From: Campylobacterota bacterium
GTDB taxonomy: Bacteria > Campylobacterota > Campylobacteria > Campylobacterales > Sulfurovaceae
Reading direction: 5' to 3'
Length of the DNA: 25,174 nt
NCBI GenBank assembly: GCA_034722955.1
Contig: JAYEOM010000008.1
Coordinates: 1-25,174 of the forward strand
Positions 8,874-18,937 of this stretch are shown here, piece after piece (the first letter of the stretch is position 1; each line of letters starts with the position of its first letter). A program made the translations under genes and the position numbers. The notes under the pieces are model-generated. The model did not search any database, was not told the origin of the DNA, and saw only the letters and a program-made list of their open reading frames with translations.

Positions 8874-9224
8874 ATGAGCCATGAGAGAGCGTTGCTGAAA
8901 ACATTTGGCAATGAGAGCGAGAGACTCGCCACTAGATACCTCGAAGATGCAGGGTATGTGATCTTAGAGAGAAATTTTTATGCACGAAAGCTTGGAGAGA
9001 TCGATATCATCGCCCAATATGAAGGAGTGTTGCACTTCATAGAGGTCAAGAGCGGTAGAGCAGATTTTGATCCTGTTTACAACATGACAGCCACCAAGAT
9101 CAGACGCGTGATCAACTCTGCCTACTACTACCTAAAAGTCAAAGATCTTGATGTCGTATTCTCTATAGATGCTCTCATCATACGAAAAGGATCAGTTGAA
9201 TTGATCGAGAACATCACTTTATAG
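8874..9224 (+). CDS. YraN family protein (UPF0102, predicted PD-(D/E)xK nuclease)
   Basis: G..SE.LA..YL, GEIDIIA, LHFIEVK and FSIDAL motifs. Confidence 0.92.
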   Translation: MSHERALLKTFGNESERLATRYLEDAGYVILERNFYARKLGEIDIIAQYEGVLHFIEVKSGRADFDPVYNMTATKIRRVINSAYYYLKVKDLDVVFSIDALIIRKGSVELIENITL

Positions 9225-9233
9225 TATACTTTT

Positions 9234-9242
9234 TGCTACAAT
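9234..9242 (+). promoter_or_regulatory. Extended -10 box (TGCTACAAT) for the PhyH gene
   Basis: Motif about 30 nt upstream of ATG 9273. Confidence 0.5.
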
Positions 9243-9272
9243 AGCTCAATTTATGAGAAAATAGGGATTAAC

Positions 9273-10064
9273 ATGAAGTTGACAAAAGAGCAAGAGAGAC
9301 ATTTTGCACAGAAGGGTTATCTAGTACTGAGGAGATTTGTTGAGCCGGAGCAGTGTGGTACAATTTTGGATATAGCCAAAGCTCATCTCAAGCATAAGGT
9401 TCCTCCAATAGAGACAGAGTTGGAGTATGCAGGCAAGTCCAAAGAGGAGAGAGAGACTATTTCAGGCGGAGAGTTCAAACAACAAGAGGAGTCTGTCACT
9501 GTACGAAGACTCAGACAGGTCTATCATCGTGATATCATCTTCAAGCAGTGGATGGAGAGCAGAAAAATACGCCCTATTCTAGAGCAGGTACTAGGAGAGG
9601 AGCCTCGGCTTACCCTAGCCCATCACAACTCTATCATGACAAAAATGCCACTCTCTAGTACTGAAACCTCTTGGCATCAGGATATTCGCTATTGGCATTT
9701 TGACAATGACAACCTTGTCTCCATATGGCTAGCACTTGATGAAGAGAACGAAAAAAATGGTGTGTTGGAGTTCATACCGGGTAGTCACAAGATGGATTTT
9801 ACCCCAGATCAATTTGGGGAAAAAGAGTATTTTATCAGTGGTGTTGAGAAAAATCAAGCACTGATCAATAGTAGCGAACAGACAGAGCTAGGGCAAGGTG
9901 ATGTGGTTTTGTTTCATAGTAAACTACTTCACCGAGCCAACAAGAACAGTACAGAGTCCCCGAAAATATCATTTGTATATACCGTCAGAGGAGAGTCAAA
10001 TCACCCTACTCCCCAGACAAGATCGAGTGAATTTCCAGAGATAAAATGGAGATATACAGACTGA
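9273..10064 (+). CDS. Phytanoyl-CoA dioxygenase (PhyH) family Fe(II)/2-oxoglutarate oxygenase
   Basis: F..KGYLVL, WHQD (HxD), WLALD...NGVLEFIPGSH, GDVVLFH..LLH motifs. Confidence 0.92.
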   Translation: MKLTKEQERHFAQKGYLVLRRFVEPEQCGTILDIAKAHLKHKVPPIETELEYAGKSKEERETISGGEFKQQEESVTVRRLRQVYHRDIIFKQWMESRKIRPILEQVLGEEPRLTLAHHNSIMTKMPLSSTETSWHQDIRYWHFDNDNLVSIWLALDEENEKNGVLEFIPGSHKMDFTPDQFGEKEYFISGVEKNQALINSSEQTELGQGDVVLFHSKLLHRANKNSTESPKISFVYTVRGESNHPTPQTRSSEFPEIKWRYTD

Positions 10065-10231
10065 ATCAATTCTAAACTTTAGTATCTTTTTTTATCGCTT
10101 TTATGGTTAACTTTATTGACAAAATAAAAAATATTAGTTATAACTACAGGAGAAAATCTATTTTTGCAGATAAAACTCTTCTTAAAGAGAGAGTATGTAT
10201 AATAGATTATTCAAACAAAAAGGAATTTAAT

Positions 10232-10549
10232 ATGGGAAAATATGTTGAACTCAACAGTGGTAATTTTGATGCTACAGTTGCTGAGGGCGTAACAATGGTA
10301 GACTTCTGGGCACCTTGGTGTGGTCCTTGTAGAATGATCGCTCCAGTTGTTGAAGAGTTGGCAGAAGATTTTGAAGGCAAAGCAACTATCGCAAAAGTCA
10401 ATACAGATGAAGAGCAAGAGGTTGCCGTAAAATACGGTATCAGATCTATCCCTTCTATCCTCTTCTTTAAAGATGGTGAGATGGTAGATCAAATGGTTGG
10501 TGCTGCTAGCAAAGATGCATTTGCTGAAAAAATCAATGCACTTTTATAG
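10232..10549 (+). CDS. trxA: Thioredoxin
   Basis: VDFWAPWCGPC and IRSIP motifs. Start corrected to ATG 10232, which follows an AAGGA SD, giving 105 aa. Confidence 0.97.
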   Translation: MGKYVELNSGNFDATVAEGVTMVDFWAPWCGPCRMIAPVVEELAEDFEGKATIAKVNTDEEQEVAVKYGIRSIPSILFFKDGEMVDQMVGAASKDAFAEKINALL

Positions 10550-10568
10550 TTTATAAGAGACAACATAT

Positions 10569-10598
10569 CAAAACAGAGAGTTCTTCTTCTCTGTTTTG
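10569..10598 (+). terminator. Stem-loop after trxA
   Basis: 11-bp perfect stem caaaacagaga / tctctgttttg, followed by T-rich sequence. Confidence 0.6.
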
Positions 10599-10651
10599 CT
10601 TCATCTTTTATCCCTTTTGGATATAATCTGCTAAAACAATACTAATCAAAT

Positions 10652-10702
10652 AAATATTTAAAGAAATTTTCTCCAAAGAGATGATACTTTCTTTAAATAT
10701 TT
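10652..10702 (+). promoter_or_regulatory. 15-bp perfect inverted repeat in the trxB leader
   Basis: aaatatttaaagaaa (10652-10666) pairs with tttctttaaatattt (10688-10702). It lies between TATAAT (10622-10627) and the trxB SD. Confidence 0.55.
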
Positions 10703-10721
10703 TAACTAAAAAGGATAAACT

Positions 10722-11663
10722 ATGTTGGATTGTGCGATTATCGGTGGAGGACCTGGCGGTCTCACAGCTGGACTTTATGCAAGTCGAGGTGGTTTGAAAG
10801 AGGTAGTTCTATTTGAAAAAGGGATGCCAGGGGGGCAGATCACGCAGAGTAGCGAGATAGAAAACTATCCCGGATTTTATGAACATGGTAAAACTGGTAT
10901 GGATTTTATGGATACCTGGCAAGAGCAGTGTTTTGCTTTTGGTTTGGAGCATCGAATGGAAGAGGTAAGTTCTGTACGCAAAGAGGATGACCATTTTCTT
11001 CTTGAGATTGCCGGTGGTGAAACCATCCAAGCCAAGACAGCTGTCATCGCTACAGGCAGTACTCCCAAGCGAGCAGGGATCAAAGGCGAAGAGGATCTCT
11101 TCGGCAAAGGTGTAAGTACTTGTGCAACTTGTGATGGATTTTTCTATAAAAACAGAGAGGTAGCCGTACTAGGCGGTGGTGATACAGCTCTCGAAGAGGC
11201 TCACTATCTATCCAATATCTGCAGCAGAGTCTATGTGATTCACAGAAGAGATACCTTCCGTGCAGCACCATCTACTGTAGAGCGTATTGTGCGTACAGAA
11301 AATATTGAACTCATTACAGATACTATTGTAGAAGAGATAACTGGTGATGCTATGGGTGTTACAGGTGTAAATCTTAAAAACAAGAAGAGTGGAGAGGAGA
11401 GACACCTTGATGTTCCGGGGATTTTTGTCTTTGTAGGGCATGATGTCAACAATGGCATACTCAAAGATGAGTCAGGTAAATTTATCTGTGAAGTAAATGA
11501 GTATGGCCAAGTTATAGTTGATCTAAGCATGTCAACTTCTGTTGATGGACTCTATGCTGTAGGTGATCTCCGTATCGAAGCACCAAAGCAGGTCGTATGT
11601 GCCGCAGGTGATGGTGCCACTGCAGCACTGCAAGTTATCTCATATATTCAGGAGCAAGCATAA
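10722..11663 (+). CDS. trxB: Thioredoxin-disulfide reductase
   Basis: [23 protein letters not shown] redox motif, [18 protein letters not shown]. Confidence 0.97.
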   Translation: MLDCAIIGGGPGGLTAGLYASRGGLKEVVLFEKGMPGGQITQSSEIENYPGFYEHGKTGMDFMDTWQEQCFAFGLEHRMEEVSSVRKEDDHFLLEIAGGETIQAKTAVIATGSTPKRAGIKGEEDLFGKGVSTCATCDGFFYKNREVAVLGGGDTALEEAHYLSNICSRVYVIHRRDTFRAAPSTVERIVRTENIELITDTIVEEITGDAMGVTGVNLKNKKSGEERHLDVPGIFVFVGHDVNNGILKDESGKFICEVNEYGQVIVDLSMSTSVDGLYAVGDLRIEAPKQVVCAAGDGATAALQVISYIQEQA

Positions 11664-11664
11664 G

Positions 11665-12432
11665 ATGGTCAGAGTAGGTATAGTAGGAAGTACAGGGAGA
11701 GTTGGAAGTCTCCTGATAGATAATCTCAAAGATGATAGTGCAGCAGAGCTGAGTGCCGTCCATGTCTTTGATGATCTGGAACGCGAACTTCCAGAGGATG
11801 TACTGATTACCAACAGTATGCAAGTGTTGTTGGAGAGTTGTGATATTGTTATAGATTTCTCTGCACCGGTTGCGACAGAAGAGCTTCTTGAAGCTGCACT
11901 GAAAAATCCAACACCTCTTGTGATCGCTACTACAGGATTCACAGCACATCAGCAAAATTTGCTGACTGAAGCATCCAGAGAGATGCCTCTCCTCTATGCC
12001 TCCAACATGTCTGTAGGGATCGCCCTGCTCAAACAGTTGGTCGAAAAGGTCTCTGCTACACTTGAAGATTTTGATATAGAGATTGTAGAGCAGCACCACC
12101 GACACAAGATAGATGCCCCTAGTGGCACAGCATTGACACTAGGTGAGTTCGCTGCAAAAGGACGGGGTCTCGATCTTGATGCTGTACGCGTCAGTGGCAG
12201 AGATGGTCAAATCGGGGCGAGAACTAAAGATGAGATAGCAGTCATGGCACTTCGTGGTGGTGATATAGTAGGTCGCCATACAGTTGGTTTTTACAATGAT
12301 GGGGAGTTTTTGGAACTCAACCACACTGCTACGAGCCGTGACACCTTTGCCAAAGGTGCTATCCGTGCTGCCAAATGGCTGATCGATCAAGATACAGGTC
12401 TCTACTCTATCAACGACTGTTTAGGGATATAA
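11665..12432 (+). CDS. dapB: 4-hydroxy-tetrahydrodipicolinate reductase
   Basis: GSTGRVG, IDFS, ATTG and EQHHRHKIDAPSGTA motifs. Start corrected to ATG 11665, immediately after the trxB stop. Confidence 0.97.
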   Translation: MVRVGIVGSTGRVGSLLIDNLKDDSAAELSAVHVFDDLERELPEDVLITNSMQVLLESCDIVIDFSAPVATEELLEAALKNPTPLVIATTGFTAHQQNLLTEASREMPLLYASNMSVGIALLKQLVEKVSATLEDFDIEIVEQHHRHKIDAPSGTALTLGEFAAKGRGLDLDAVRVSGRDGQIGARTKDEIAVMALRGGDIVGRHTVGFYNDGEFLELNHTATSRDTFAKGAIRAAKWLIDQDTGLYSINDCLGI

Positions 12433-12441
12433 AGGAATAAC

Positions 12442-13809
12442 ATGTGTGCAATAGTTGGTGTCCATGGTGCGAAGGGTGCTTCTAAAATAGCCTATTATGC
12501 TCTCTTCTCTATGCAGCACCGAGGACAGGAATCGACAGGGATTTCAGCTGCTGATGGCGAGAAGATCAAGTTGATTAAAGAGCGTGGATTAGTAACAGAG
12601 GTCTTTAACAAAGATAGTTTTGAGCTACTTAGCGGTAGCTGTGCTATCGGACACAACCGCTACTCGACTGCCGGAGATGACTCTATCTTGGATGCTCAAC
12701 CGGTTTTTGCACGATACAAATTAGGAGAGATCTCTGTCGCACACAATGGTAACCTCATCAACAAAGATAAAGTACGAGGCAGATTGATCGCTAAAGGTGC
12801 TATTTTTCAGACCGATATGGATACAGAAAATATTGTACACCTTATAGCCAAAAGCAAAAAAGATACGCTTGTAGATCGGATCAAAGATATGCTCAAGAAG
12901 ATAGAGGGTGCCTACTGTCTTGTTATTCAGAGTCGCTCAAAGATGTTCGTTATACGAGATAGATTTGGTATCCGCCCTTTAAGTTTGGGGAAACTCAAAG
13001 ATGGCGGATATATCGTATCTAGCGAAACATGTTCATTTGATCTTGTTGGTGCAGAGTTTGTGAGAGATGTAAAACCAGGAGAGATGATCATATTTTCTGA
13101 TGATGAGGAGCCTGTTTATGAGCAGATATTTGAGCCGGACTATCACCCATGTGCTTTTGAGTATATCTACTTCTCACGACCTGACTCGATCATCGATGGA
13201 AAAAATGTCTATCAGACTCGACTAGAGATGGGTAGAAGACTTGCACTAGAAGAGCCTGCCAAGATAGATCTCGTTTTGCCGGTACCCGATAGCGGAGTTG
13301 CTGCTGCGAAAGGTTATGCAGAGAAACTAAAAGTACCTTTTGAGATGGGAATCGTACGAAATCACTATGTAGGGCGTACCTTTATAGAGCCAACTCAAGA
13401 GATCAGGGATCTTAAAGTCAAGCTAAAACTCTCTCCCATCAAGCACTTGATAGAGGGCAAGCGTATAGCGATCATAGATGATTCTCTTGTGAGGGGGACT
13501 ACCTCAAGACAGATCGTCAAGATACTCAAAGATGCTGGAGCCAAAGAGGTACATATGCGTATCGCTTCTCCTGAGATCAAATACCCATGTCGATATGGTA
13601 TAGATACTCCCACAAGAGAAGAGCTTATATCAGCAAGCTTTACACCTGATGAGATAGCAGAAAAGATGGATGCAGACTCACTAGGTTTTCTCTCTATTGA
13701 TGGGTTGATAGATTCACTTGGCAGAGATAGAGAGTACTCTCTTGTTAGCTTTGACGGAAACTATTTTGCTGGGGGCAGTGCCGATAGCCCCAGCTGTTCA
13801 GATTGTTGA
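12442..13809 (+). CDS. purF: Amidophosphoribosyltransferase
   Basis: N-terminal nucleophile MCAIVG, QHRGQES, HNRYSTAG, HNGNL, PVPDSG and PRPP motif IIDDSLVRGTT. Confidence 0.97.
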   Translation: MCAIVGVHGAKGASKIAYYALFSMQHRGQESTGISAADGEKIKLIKERGLVTEVFNKDSFELLSGSCAIGHNRYSTAGDDSILDAQPVFARYKLGEISVAHNGNLINKDKVRGRLIAKGAIFQTDMDTENIVHLIAKSKKDTLVDRIKDMLKKIEGAYCLVIQSRSKMFVIRDRFGIRPLSLGKLKDGGYIVSSETCSFDLVGAEFVRDVKPGEMIIFSDDEEPVYEQIFEPDYHPCAFEYIYFSRPDSIIDGKNVYQTRLEMGRRLALEEPAKIDLVLPVPDSGVAAAKGYAEKLKVPFEMGIVRNHYVGRTFIEPTQEIRDLKVKLKLSPIKHLIEGKRIAIIDDSLVRGTTSRQIVKILKDAGAKEVHMRIASPEIKYPCRYGIDTPTREELISASFTPDEIAEKMDADSLGFLSIDGLIDSLGRDREYSLVSFDGNYFAGGSADSPSCSDC

Positions 13810-13825
13810 TCTATAGAGAGTATTA

Positions 13826-14782
13826 TTGAAGCAGTTGTACACATACGGTAGTTACCTGAGAAGTAAATTTCATACTAAAGTTAGCAAACTCCCTTTGGGA
13901 TTGAGTGGTTTTACATGCCCAAATATAGATGGGACAGTGGCAAAAGGCGGATGTACATTTTGTCTCAATGACTCTTTTAGCCCAAATTTAGCTAAAAATG
14001 CAGAAAAGACCTTTCTCAATCTTGAGAGTAGAGATAACCCTATACTAGAGAGACAGATTCAAGAGCTTGATGACCAGATATTGATGACGCGTGAAAAGAT
14101 GTATCGAGAGTGGAAAAGTGAAAAATTTCTCATCTATTTTCAGGCATTTACCAACACTTATGCCCCTTTTGATACGATCAAAACACTCTATGATAAGGCA
14201 CTCACTTATGAAGATGTTGTAGGTTTGAGTATCGGAACACGTAGCGATAGTGTGACAGATGAAGTGTTGGATTATCTAGTGGAGCTCAGCAGGGAGAAGG
14301 AGATATGTATAGAGTATGGCATACAGTCCATATATGATGAGACACTCAATCGTATCAACCGTGGGCATGATGCTCTCAATGTTGAAAAAGCGATCAAAAA
14401 AGCAAAAGCCCGAGGATTGAATGTTTGTGGACATTTGATCTTTGGTCTGCCCGGTGAAGACCAAGAGATGATGCTCAACTCTGCAAAAGCCGCTTATGAG
14501 TGGGGTATAGATTCGGTTAAATATCACCCACTCTATGTTGTCAAAAATACTCTACTAGCCAATGAGTACAAAGCTGGAGAGTTTGAACCTATCTCAAGAG
14601 AGGATTATATAGAGACTCTAGTCAAAGCTATTGCTCTAAAACCTGACCATATCTCTATTCAGCGTGTAACAGCTGGGATAGATGATGATACGCTACTTGC
14701 ACCTGCATGGTGTGGATTGCCCAAAAACAGAATGTTGCAATATATCAATAGTGCATTGATAAAAGAGGGGTTAATCTACTAA
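13826..14782 (+). CDS. TIGR01212/YhcC-type radical SAM protein
   Basis: GFTCPNIDG....GGCTFC with the family's expanded Cys spacing, YFQAFTNTY, HLIFGLPGE; TTG start. Confidence 0.9.
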   Translation: MKQLYTYGSYLRSKFHTKVSKLPLGLSGFTCPNIDGTVAKGGCTFCLNDSFSPNLAKNAEKTFLNLESRDNPILERQIQELDDQILMTREKMYREWKSEKFLIYFQAFTNTYAPFDTIKTLYDKALTYEDVVGLSIGTRSDSVTDEVLDYLVELSREKEICIEYGIQSIYDETLNRINRGHDALNVEKAIKKAKARGLNVCGHLIFGLPGEDQEMMLNSAKAAYEWGIDSVKYHPLYVVKNTLLANEYKAGEFEPISREDYIETLVKAIALKPDHISIQRVTAGIDDDTLLAPAWCGLPKNRMLQYINSALIKEGLIY

Positions 14783-14833
14783 GCTCTCTGCTTATCTCAT
14801 AATCTAAACTATTTTCCAAGGAGTTAAATATCA

Positions 14834-14842
14834 TGTTATAAT
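14834..14842 (+). promoter_or_regulatory. Extended -10 box (TGTTATAAT) upstream of nrdA
   Basis: Motif about 60 nt upstream of ATG 14904. Confidence 0.5.
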
Positions 14843-14903
14843 ATGGTACTTGGAACAGGGAAAAAATAAGCAGAATTGATACTTATAATTAGGATAATAT
14901 TAG

Positions 14904-17279
14904 ATGATAAGAGTTGTAAAACGAAACGGAAGAGTAGAGACACTTGATGTAACAAAAATCCAGAAATATACAGCTGCTGCTGTAGCGGGTTTGGATGGTG
15001 TGAGTCAGAGTGAACTAGAGGTAGATGCCAAACTTCAATTTCGTGATCTTATCAACTCTGAAGAGATTCAAGATACATTGATCAAGACGGCTGTAGACAA
15101 GATAGATATAGATAGACCCAATTGGACTTTTGTCGCCTCAAGACTATTCCTTTATGATATCTACCATAAAGTGACAGGCTTTACAGGATATAACCATCTG
15201 CATGACTATTTTGTACGGGGTGAAAAAGAGGGTCGTATCATATTGGGACTCAAAGATAAATATGATCTTGAAGATCTCAATGAGTATATCAAGCCGGAAC
15301 GCGATCTTCAATTTAACTATCTAGGTATTCGTACTCTATACGATCGTTATCTGATCAAAAATAAGAGGGGCGATCCTATAGAGCTCCCCCAGCAGCTCTT
15401 TATGTCAGTTGCTATGTTTTTGGCACAAAATGAGTTTGATTGTCAAACATGGGCAAAAAAATTCTATGATATTTTGAGTAGATTTGAAGTCATGGCTGCA
15501 ACACCGACACTCTCTAACGCTCGTACGCCTAGACATCAACTCAGCTCCTGCTATATAGGTTCTACCCCTGATAATATAGAAGGGATTTTTGATGCATATA
15601 AAGAGATGGCTCTACTCTCCAAGTTTGGCGGCGGTATAGGCTGGGACTGGTCTCTAGTCAGAGGGATGGGCTCTTTCATAGATGGACACAAACATGCAGC
15701 TGGAGGTATTATACCATTTCTCAAGATCGCCAATGATGTTGCTATCGCTGTAGATCAACTAGGTACACGGAAAGGGGCTATCGCTGTCTATATTGAGCCT
15801 TGGCACATCGATATTCGTGATTTTCTTGACCTCAAGAAAAATGCTGGAGAGGAGCGTCGAAGAGCTCATGATCTATTCCCTGCACTATGGCTAAATGATC
15901 TATTTATGCAGCGTATCGAAGAGGATGCAACATGGACTCTCTTTGACCCCTATGAGGTGAGTGAACTAGTAGAGCTTTATGGTGATGCTTTTACTGAGCG
16001 TTATCTGGAGTTGGAGCAGGATGAATCTTTGGCTAGAGAGGTTATCTCTGCGAAGGGACTCTGGAAAGAGATACTCAGAAGTTATTTTGAAACAGGCAAT
16101 CCTTTCCTCTCCTTTAAAGATGCTGCCAATCACTCTAACCCCAACAAACATGCAGGTATCATACGAAGCTCCAACCTCTGTACAGAGATCTTTCAAAATA
16201 CTGCACCTAACAGATATAAGATTAAAGTGATCTATGATGATGGAAGTTTTGATCTTTTTGATGAACATGCCTTGGTAACAGTCGATAGCGGAATAACAAA
16301 ACAGGGCAAAAAGATAACTGCCCTAGACTCCATAGAGGGTAAACAGATCTGGATAGTAGAGAAAGAGAGAGAGGATGGTGAAACTGCTGTCTGCAACTTG
16401 GCATCGATCAACCTCTCCAAAGTTAATACACTCGAAGATATAGCTCGCGTAGTTCCTACTGCTATACGGATGCTTGACAATGTCATAGATCTCAATTTTT
16501 ACCCACTCTCAAAAGTCAAAAAGACCAACTCCAAATCAAGATCTATAGGTTTGGGTGTAATGGGTGAAGCACAAATGCTAGCAGAACAGGCTATTGAGTG
16601 GGGGAGTAATGATCATCTTCACAAGATAGATGAGGTGATGGAGTCAGTCAGCTATCATGCGATAAGAGCATCTAGTGATCTATCGCTGGAGAAGGGTACA
16701 TACCAACTCTTTGAAGGTTCAGACTGGCAAAAAGGGATTTTTCCTATCGACAAAGCAAACCCCCAAGCATGTAAACTTGTCGATAGAGGTGGGCTATTTG
16801 GCTACAATTATGATTGGGAGACACTCAAAGAGAAGGTCAAGAGCGATGGGATGAGAAATGGCTATCTGATGGCTATAGCACCAACTAGCTCCATATCTAT
16901 ATTGACAGGAACGACACAAGCGATAGAGCCGATCTATAAACGCAAATGGTTTGAAGAGAACTTGTCAGGGATGATACCGGTCGTCGCTCCAAACCTCTCT
17001 GCCGAGACTTGGCAATACTATACTCCTAGCTATGACCTTGACCAGAGGCTGCTGATCCGTGCCGGTGCGATTAGACAGAAGTGGATCGATCAGGGGCAGA
17101 GTCTCAATATCTTTATCACACTAGATAAAGTAAGTGGCAGATATCTCAATGATATATATATGGATGCATGGAAGTTTGGGCTGAAGTCTACTTACTATCT
17201 AAGAAGCCAATCCCCAGAAGCAGCCCGAGAGGTTGAAGGGGTAGAGGATCGAAGTTTAGAGTGTATAGGGTGTCAGTAA
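14904..17279 (+). CDS. nrdA: Ribonucleoside-diphosphate reductase class Ia, alpha subunit
   Basis: ATP cone VVKRNG, ATPTLSN, LSSC, SNLCTEI, VCNLASIN, IAPTSS, STYYLR and C-terminal CIGC. Confidence 0.97.
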   Translation: MIRVVKRNGRVETLDVTKIQKYTAAAVAGLDGVSQSELEVDAKLQFRDLINSEEIQDTLIKTAVDKIDIDRPNWTFVASRLFLYDIYHKVTGFTGYNHLHDYFVRGEKEGRIILGLKDKYDLEDLNEYIKPERDLQFNYLGIRTLYDRYLIKNKRGDPIELPQQLFMSVAMFLAQNEFDCQTWAKKFYDILSRFEVMAATPTLSNARTPRHQLSSCYIGSTPDNIEGIFDAYKEMALLSKFGGGIGWDWSLVRGMGSFIDGHKHAAGGIIPFLKIANDVAIAVDQLGTRKGAIAVYIEPWHIDIRDFLDLKKNAGEERRRAHDLFPALWLNDLFMQRIEEDATWTLFDPYEVSELVELYGDAFTERYLELEQDESLAREVISAKGLWKEILRSYFETGNPFLSFKDAANHSNPNKHAGIIRSSNLCTEIFQNTAPNRYKIKVIYDDGSFDLFDEHALVTVDSGITKQGKKITALDSIEGKQIWIVEKEREDGETAVCNLASINLSKVNTLEDIARVVPTAIRMLDNVIDLNFYPLSKVKKTNSKSRSIGLGVMGEAQMLAEQAIEWGSNDHLHKIDEVMESVSYHAIRASSDLSLEKGTYQLFEGSDWQKGIFPIDKANPQACKLVDRGGLFGYNYDWETLKEKVKSDGMRNGYLMAIAPTSSISILTGTTQAIEPIYKRKWFEENLSGMIPVVAPNLSAETWQYYTPSYDLDQRLLIRAGAIRQKWIDQGQSLNIFITLDKVSGRYLNDIYMDAWKFGLKSTYYLRSQSPEAAREVEGVEDRSLECIGCQ

Positions 17280-17291
17280 TCAATCAATCAT

Positions 17292-17732
17292 CTATCCAAC
17301 CATCAATGTATTGCTTTTTGCAATAGCACTTAGCTTTTCACGCACATCTATATCGGGAGTCGATTTTTTTATCTTGCTGTAGATATCGATGAGCTGGTCA
17401 TAAGAGTTTAGCGTTACGCTCTGTTTATGCAGTGCTGCTAAGCTGAGATATTTGACTATATTCTCCTTGGCGATACTATTGCATCTATAGAGGAGGTTGT
17501 TTAACATGAGAGTAAATAGTTCTGCATTGCCCTCGACAAGCTCTTCTGCTCTCTCTTTTGCTGCTTTCTCCTCCAATCCCCTCTTGTAGAGCAGGGATGT
17601 TATCTCTTCTGTGATATTGAGATTGAGATTTGTTTGTATATTTGTACCTATACGATGCGTATCCGCAACCACAGGATTGAAGACTAAAACCGAGACAAAA
17701 AGTGTGATTTGTATAATATTCTGTTTATTCAT
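17292..17732 (-). CDS. Hypothetical exported protein
   Basis: 146-aa ORF with AAGGA SD and a signal-peptide-like N-terminus ending VVA. Confidence 0.75.
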   Translation of the reverse strand: MNKQNIIQITLFVSVLVFNPVVADTHRIGTNIQTNLNLNITEEITSLLYKRGLEEKAAKERAEELVEGNAELFTLMLNNLLYRCNSIAKENIVKYLSLAALHKQSVTLNSYDQLIDIYSKIKKSTPDIDVREKLSAIAKSNTLMVG

Positions 17733-17817
17733 TTTGAGTTCCTTTATAAGATTATAGATAAATGGAAATTACAGAGAAGTAAAAGATTGCCTTTAGTCTG
17801 AATCACTAAATAATTTG

Positions 17818-17826
17818 TGCTATAAT
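17818..17826 (+). promoter_or_regulatory. Extended -10 box (TGCTATAAT) for the C-N hydrolase gene
   Basis: Motif about 30 nt upstream of ATG 17857, supporting the corrected start. Confidence 0.6.
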
Positions 17827-17856
17827 CTATTACCCAAATCCTACAGGAGGAGTATC

Positions 17857-18918
17857 ATGAGAAGGTTTGTTCTCTATTTTTTTCTACTTTTCTCTATCTC
17901 AATAGTTGCCAATGATTTGGCTCATGATGAAGGTGATGGAACGCCTACTTACAACAAAACAGTTCGCGACAGTTATCATAAACTTCAGTTTAAAATGTCT
18001 ATTTATGAAGCTCTGCCCACAAAGGGCAAAGGTATCCGCCTAGGTATATACCAGTCAGAGGCCGCATATGGAGAGGGTGCAACAGAAAAAAATATGGCTC
18101 GCTTGGAGAGAGCAGTCAAGAGAGCTAAGACATATGATGTCCAGCTGCTTTCATTTCCGGAGCTCTATCTGCCTGGCTACACTCTGAGTCCAAAAGAGGT
18201 CAAAGAGGTGGCAGAATTCAAAGATGGAGTGAGTATCAGCAGAGGTCAAGAGATCGCCAAAAAATATACGATGGGTCTACTTCTTCCTTATGCTCAAAAA
18301 GTAAAAGCAGAAGATGAAACAGTGAAGTACTATGATAGCATTGCTGTCATCAGTGAAAAAGGAGAGCTTCTGGAGAGTTATCAAAAAACTCATCTTTATG
18401 GTCAGCAGGAGCGTGATAATTGGTCATTTGGCAATAATAGATATAGAGTTCATAAATTTTTTGGTTTTCCGGTTGGAGTTCTCAACTGTTACGAGTGTGA
18501 GTTTCCTGAGTTGTCAAGGATCTTGGCTCTGAAGGGAGCAAAACTGATCGTCGGCCCAACAGCTGCAGACAACTACTATACTTTGCCAAATGGCAAGAGA
18601 AGTGATGTTCCCTATCCTGATATATCTAAATTGCTAATACCTGCTTATGCCTATGCCAACAATCTTTTCTTTGCATACTCCAATCGTTCTGGATATGAGA
18701 GACGGGGAGAAGATGAGTGGCACTATCAGGGCAATAGCGTCGTAAGCGGTCCCCATGGAGATATCATAGTAGCGGCCAATCATGAGCAGGATACGATGCT
18801 GATCGTTGATTGTATTCCAGGATATTATGGGATGACGCATCCGGCACCGAAATATAACTACTTAAAAGATCGCCGTCCAGATATGTACAGAGAGCTTATA
18901 GCTCCTGAAGTTGACTAA
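17857..18918 (+). CDS. Carbon-nitrogen hydrolase (nitrilase superfamily amidase) with signal peptide
   Basis: FPEL..PGY, YQKTHL and LNCYECEFPE motifs (Lys and Cys of the triad visible). Start at ATG 17857 after AGGAGG; N-terminus MRRFVLYFFLLFSISIVA. Confidence 0.9.
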   Translation: MRRFVLYFFLLFSISIVANDLAHDEGDGTPTYNKTVRDSYHKLQFKMSIYEALPTKGKGIRLGIYQSEAAYGEGATEKNMARLERAVKRAKTYDVQLLSFPELYLPGYTLSPKEVKEVAEFKDGVSISRGQEIAKKYTMGLLLPYAQKVKAEDETVKYYDSIAVISEKGELLESYQKTHLYGQQERDNWSFGNNRYRVHKFFGFPVGVLNCYECEFPELSRILALKGAKLIVGPTAADNYYTLPNGKRSDVPYPDISKLLIPAYAYANNLFFAYSNRSGYERRGEDEWHYQGNSVVSGPHGDIIVAANHEQDTMLIVDCIPGYYGMTHPAPKYNYLKDRRPDMYRELIAPEVD

Positions 18919-18937
18919 TTACAACAGAGGGGTCAAT

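Noticed and set aside
10103..10231. N-terminal extension of thioredoxin in the ORF track
   Set aside because: The region holds a TATAAT box and the SD precedes ATG 10232, so the extension is an ORF-calling artefact. The same applies to the extended starts at 11563, 17815 and 18911.
16195..16385. Insertion in NrdA between NLCTEI and VCNL considered as an intein or intron
   Set aside because: It is only about 60 aa, with no intein terminal residues or endonuclease motifs, the frame is intact, and the total length is ordinary for Campylobacterota NrdA.
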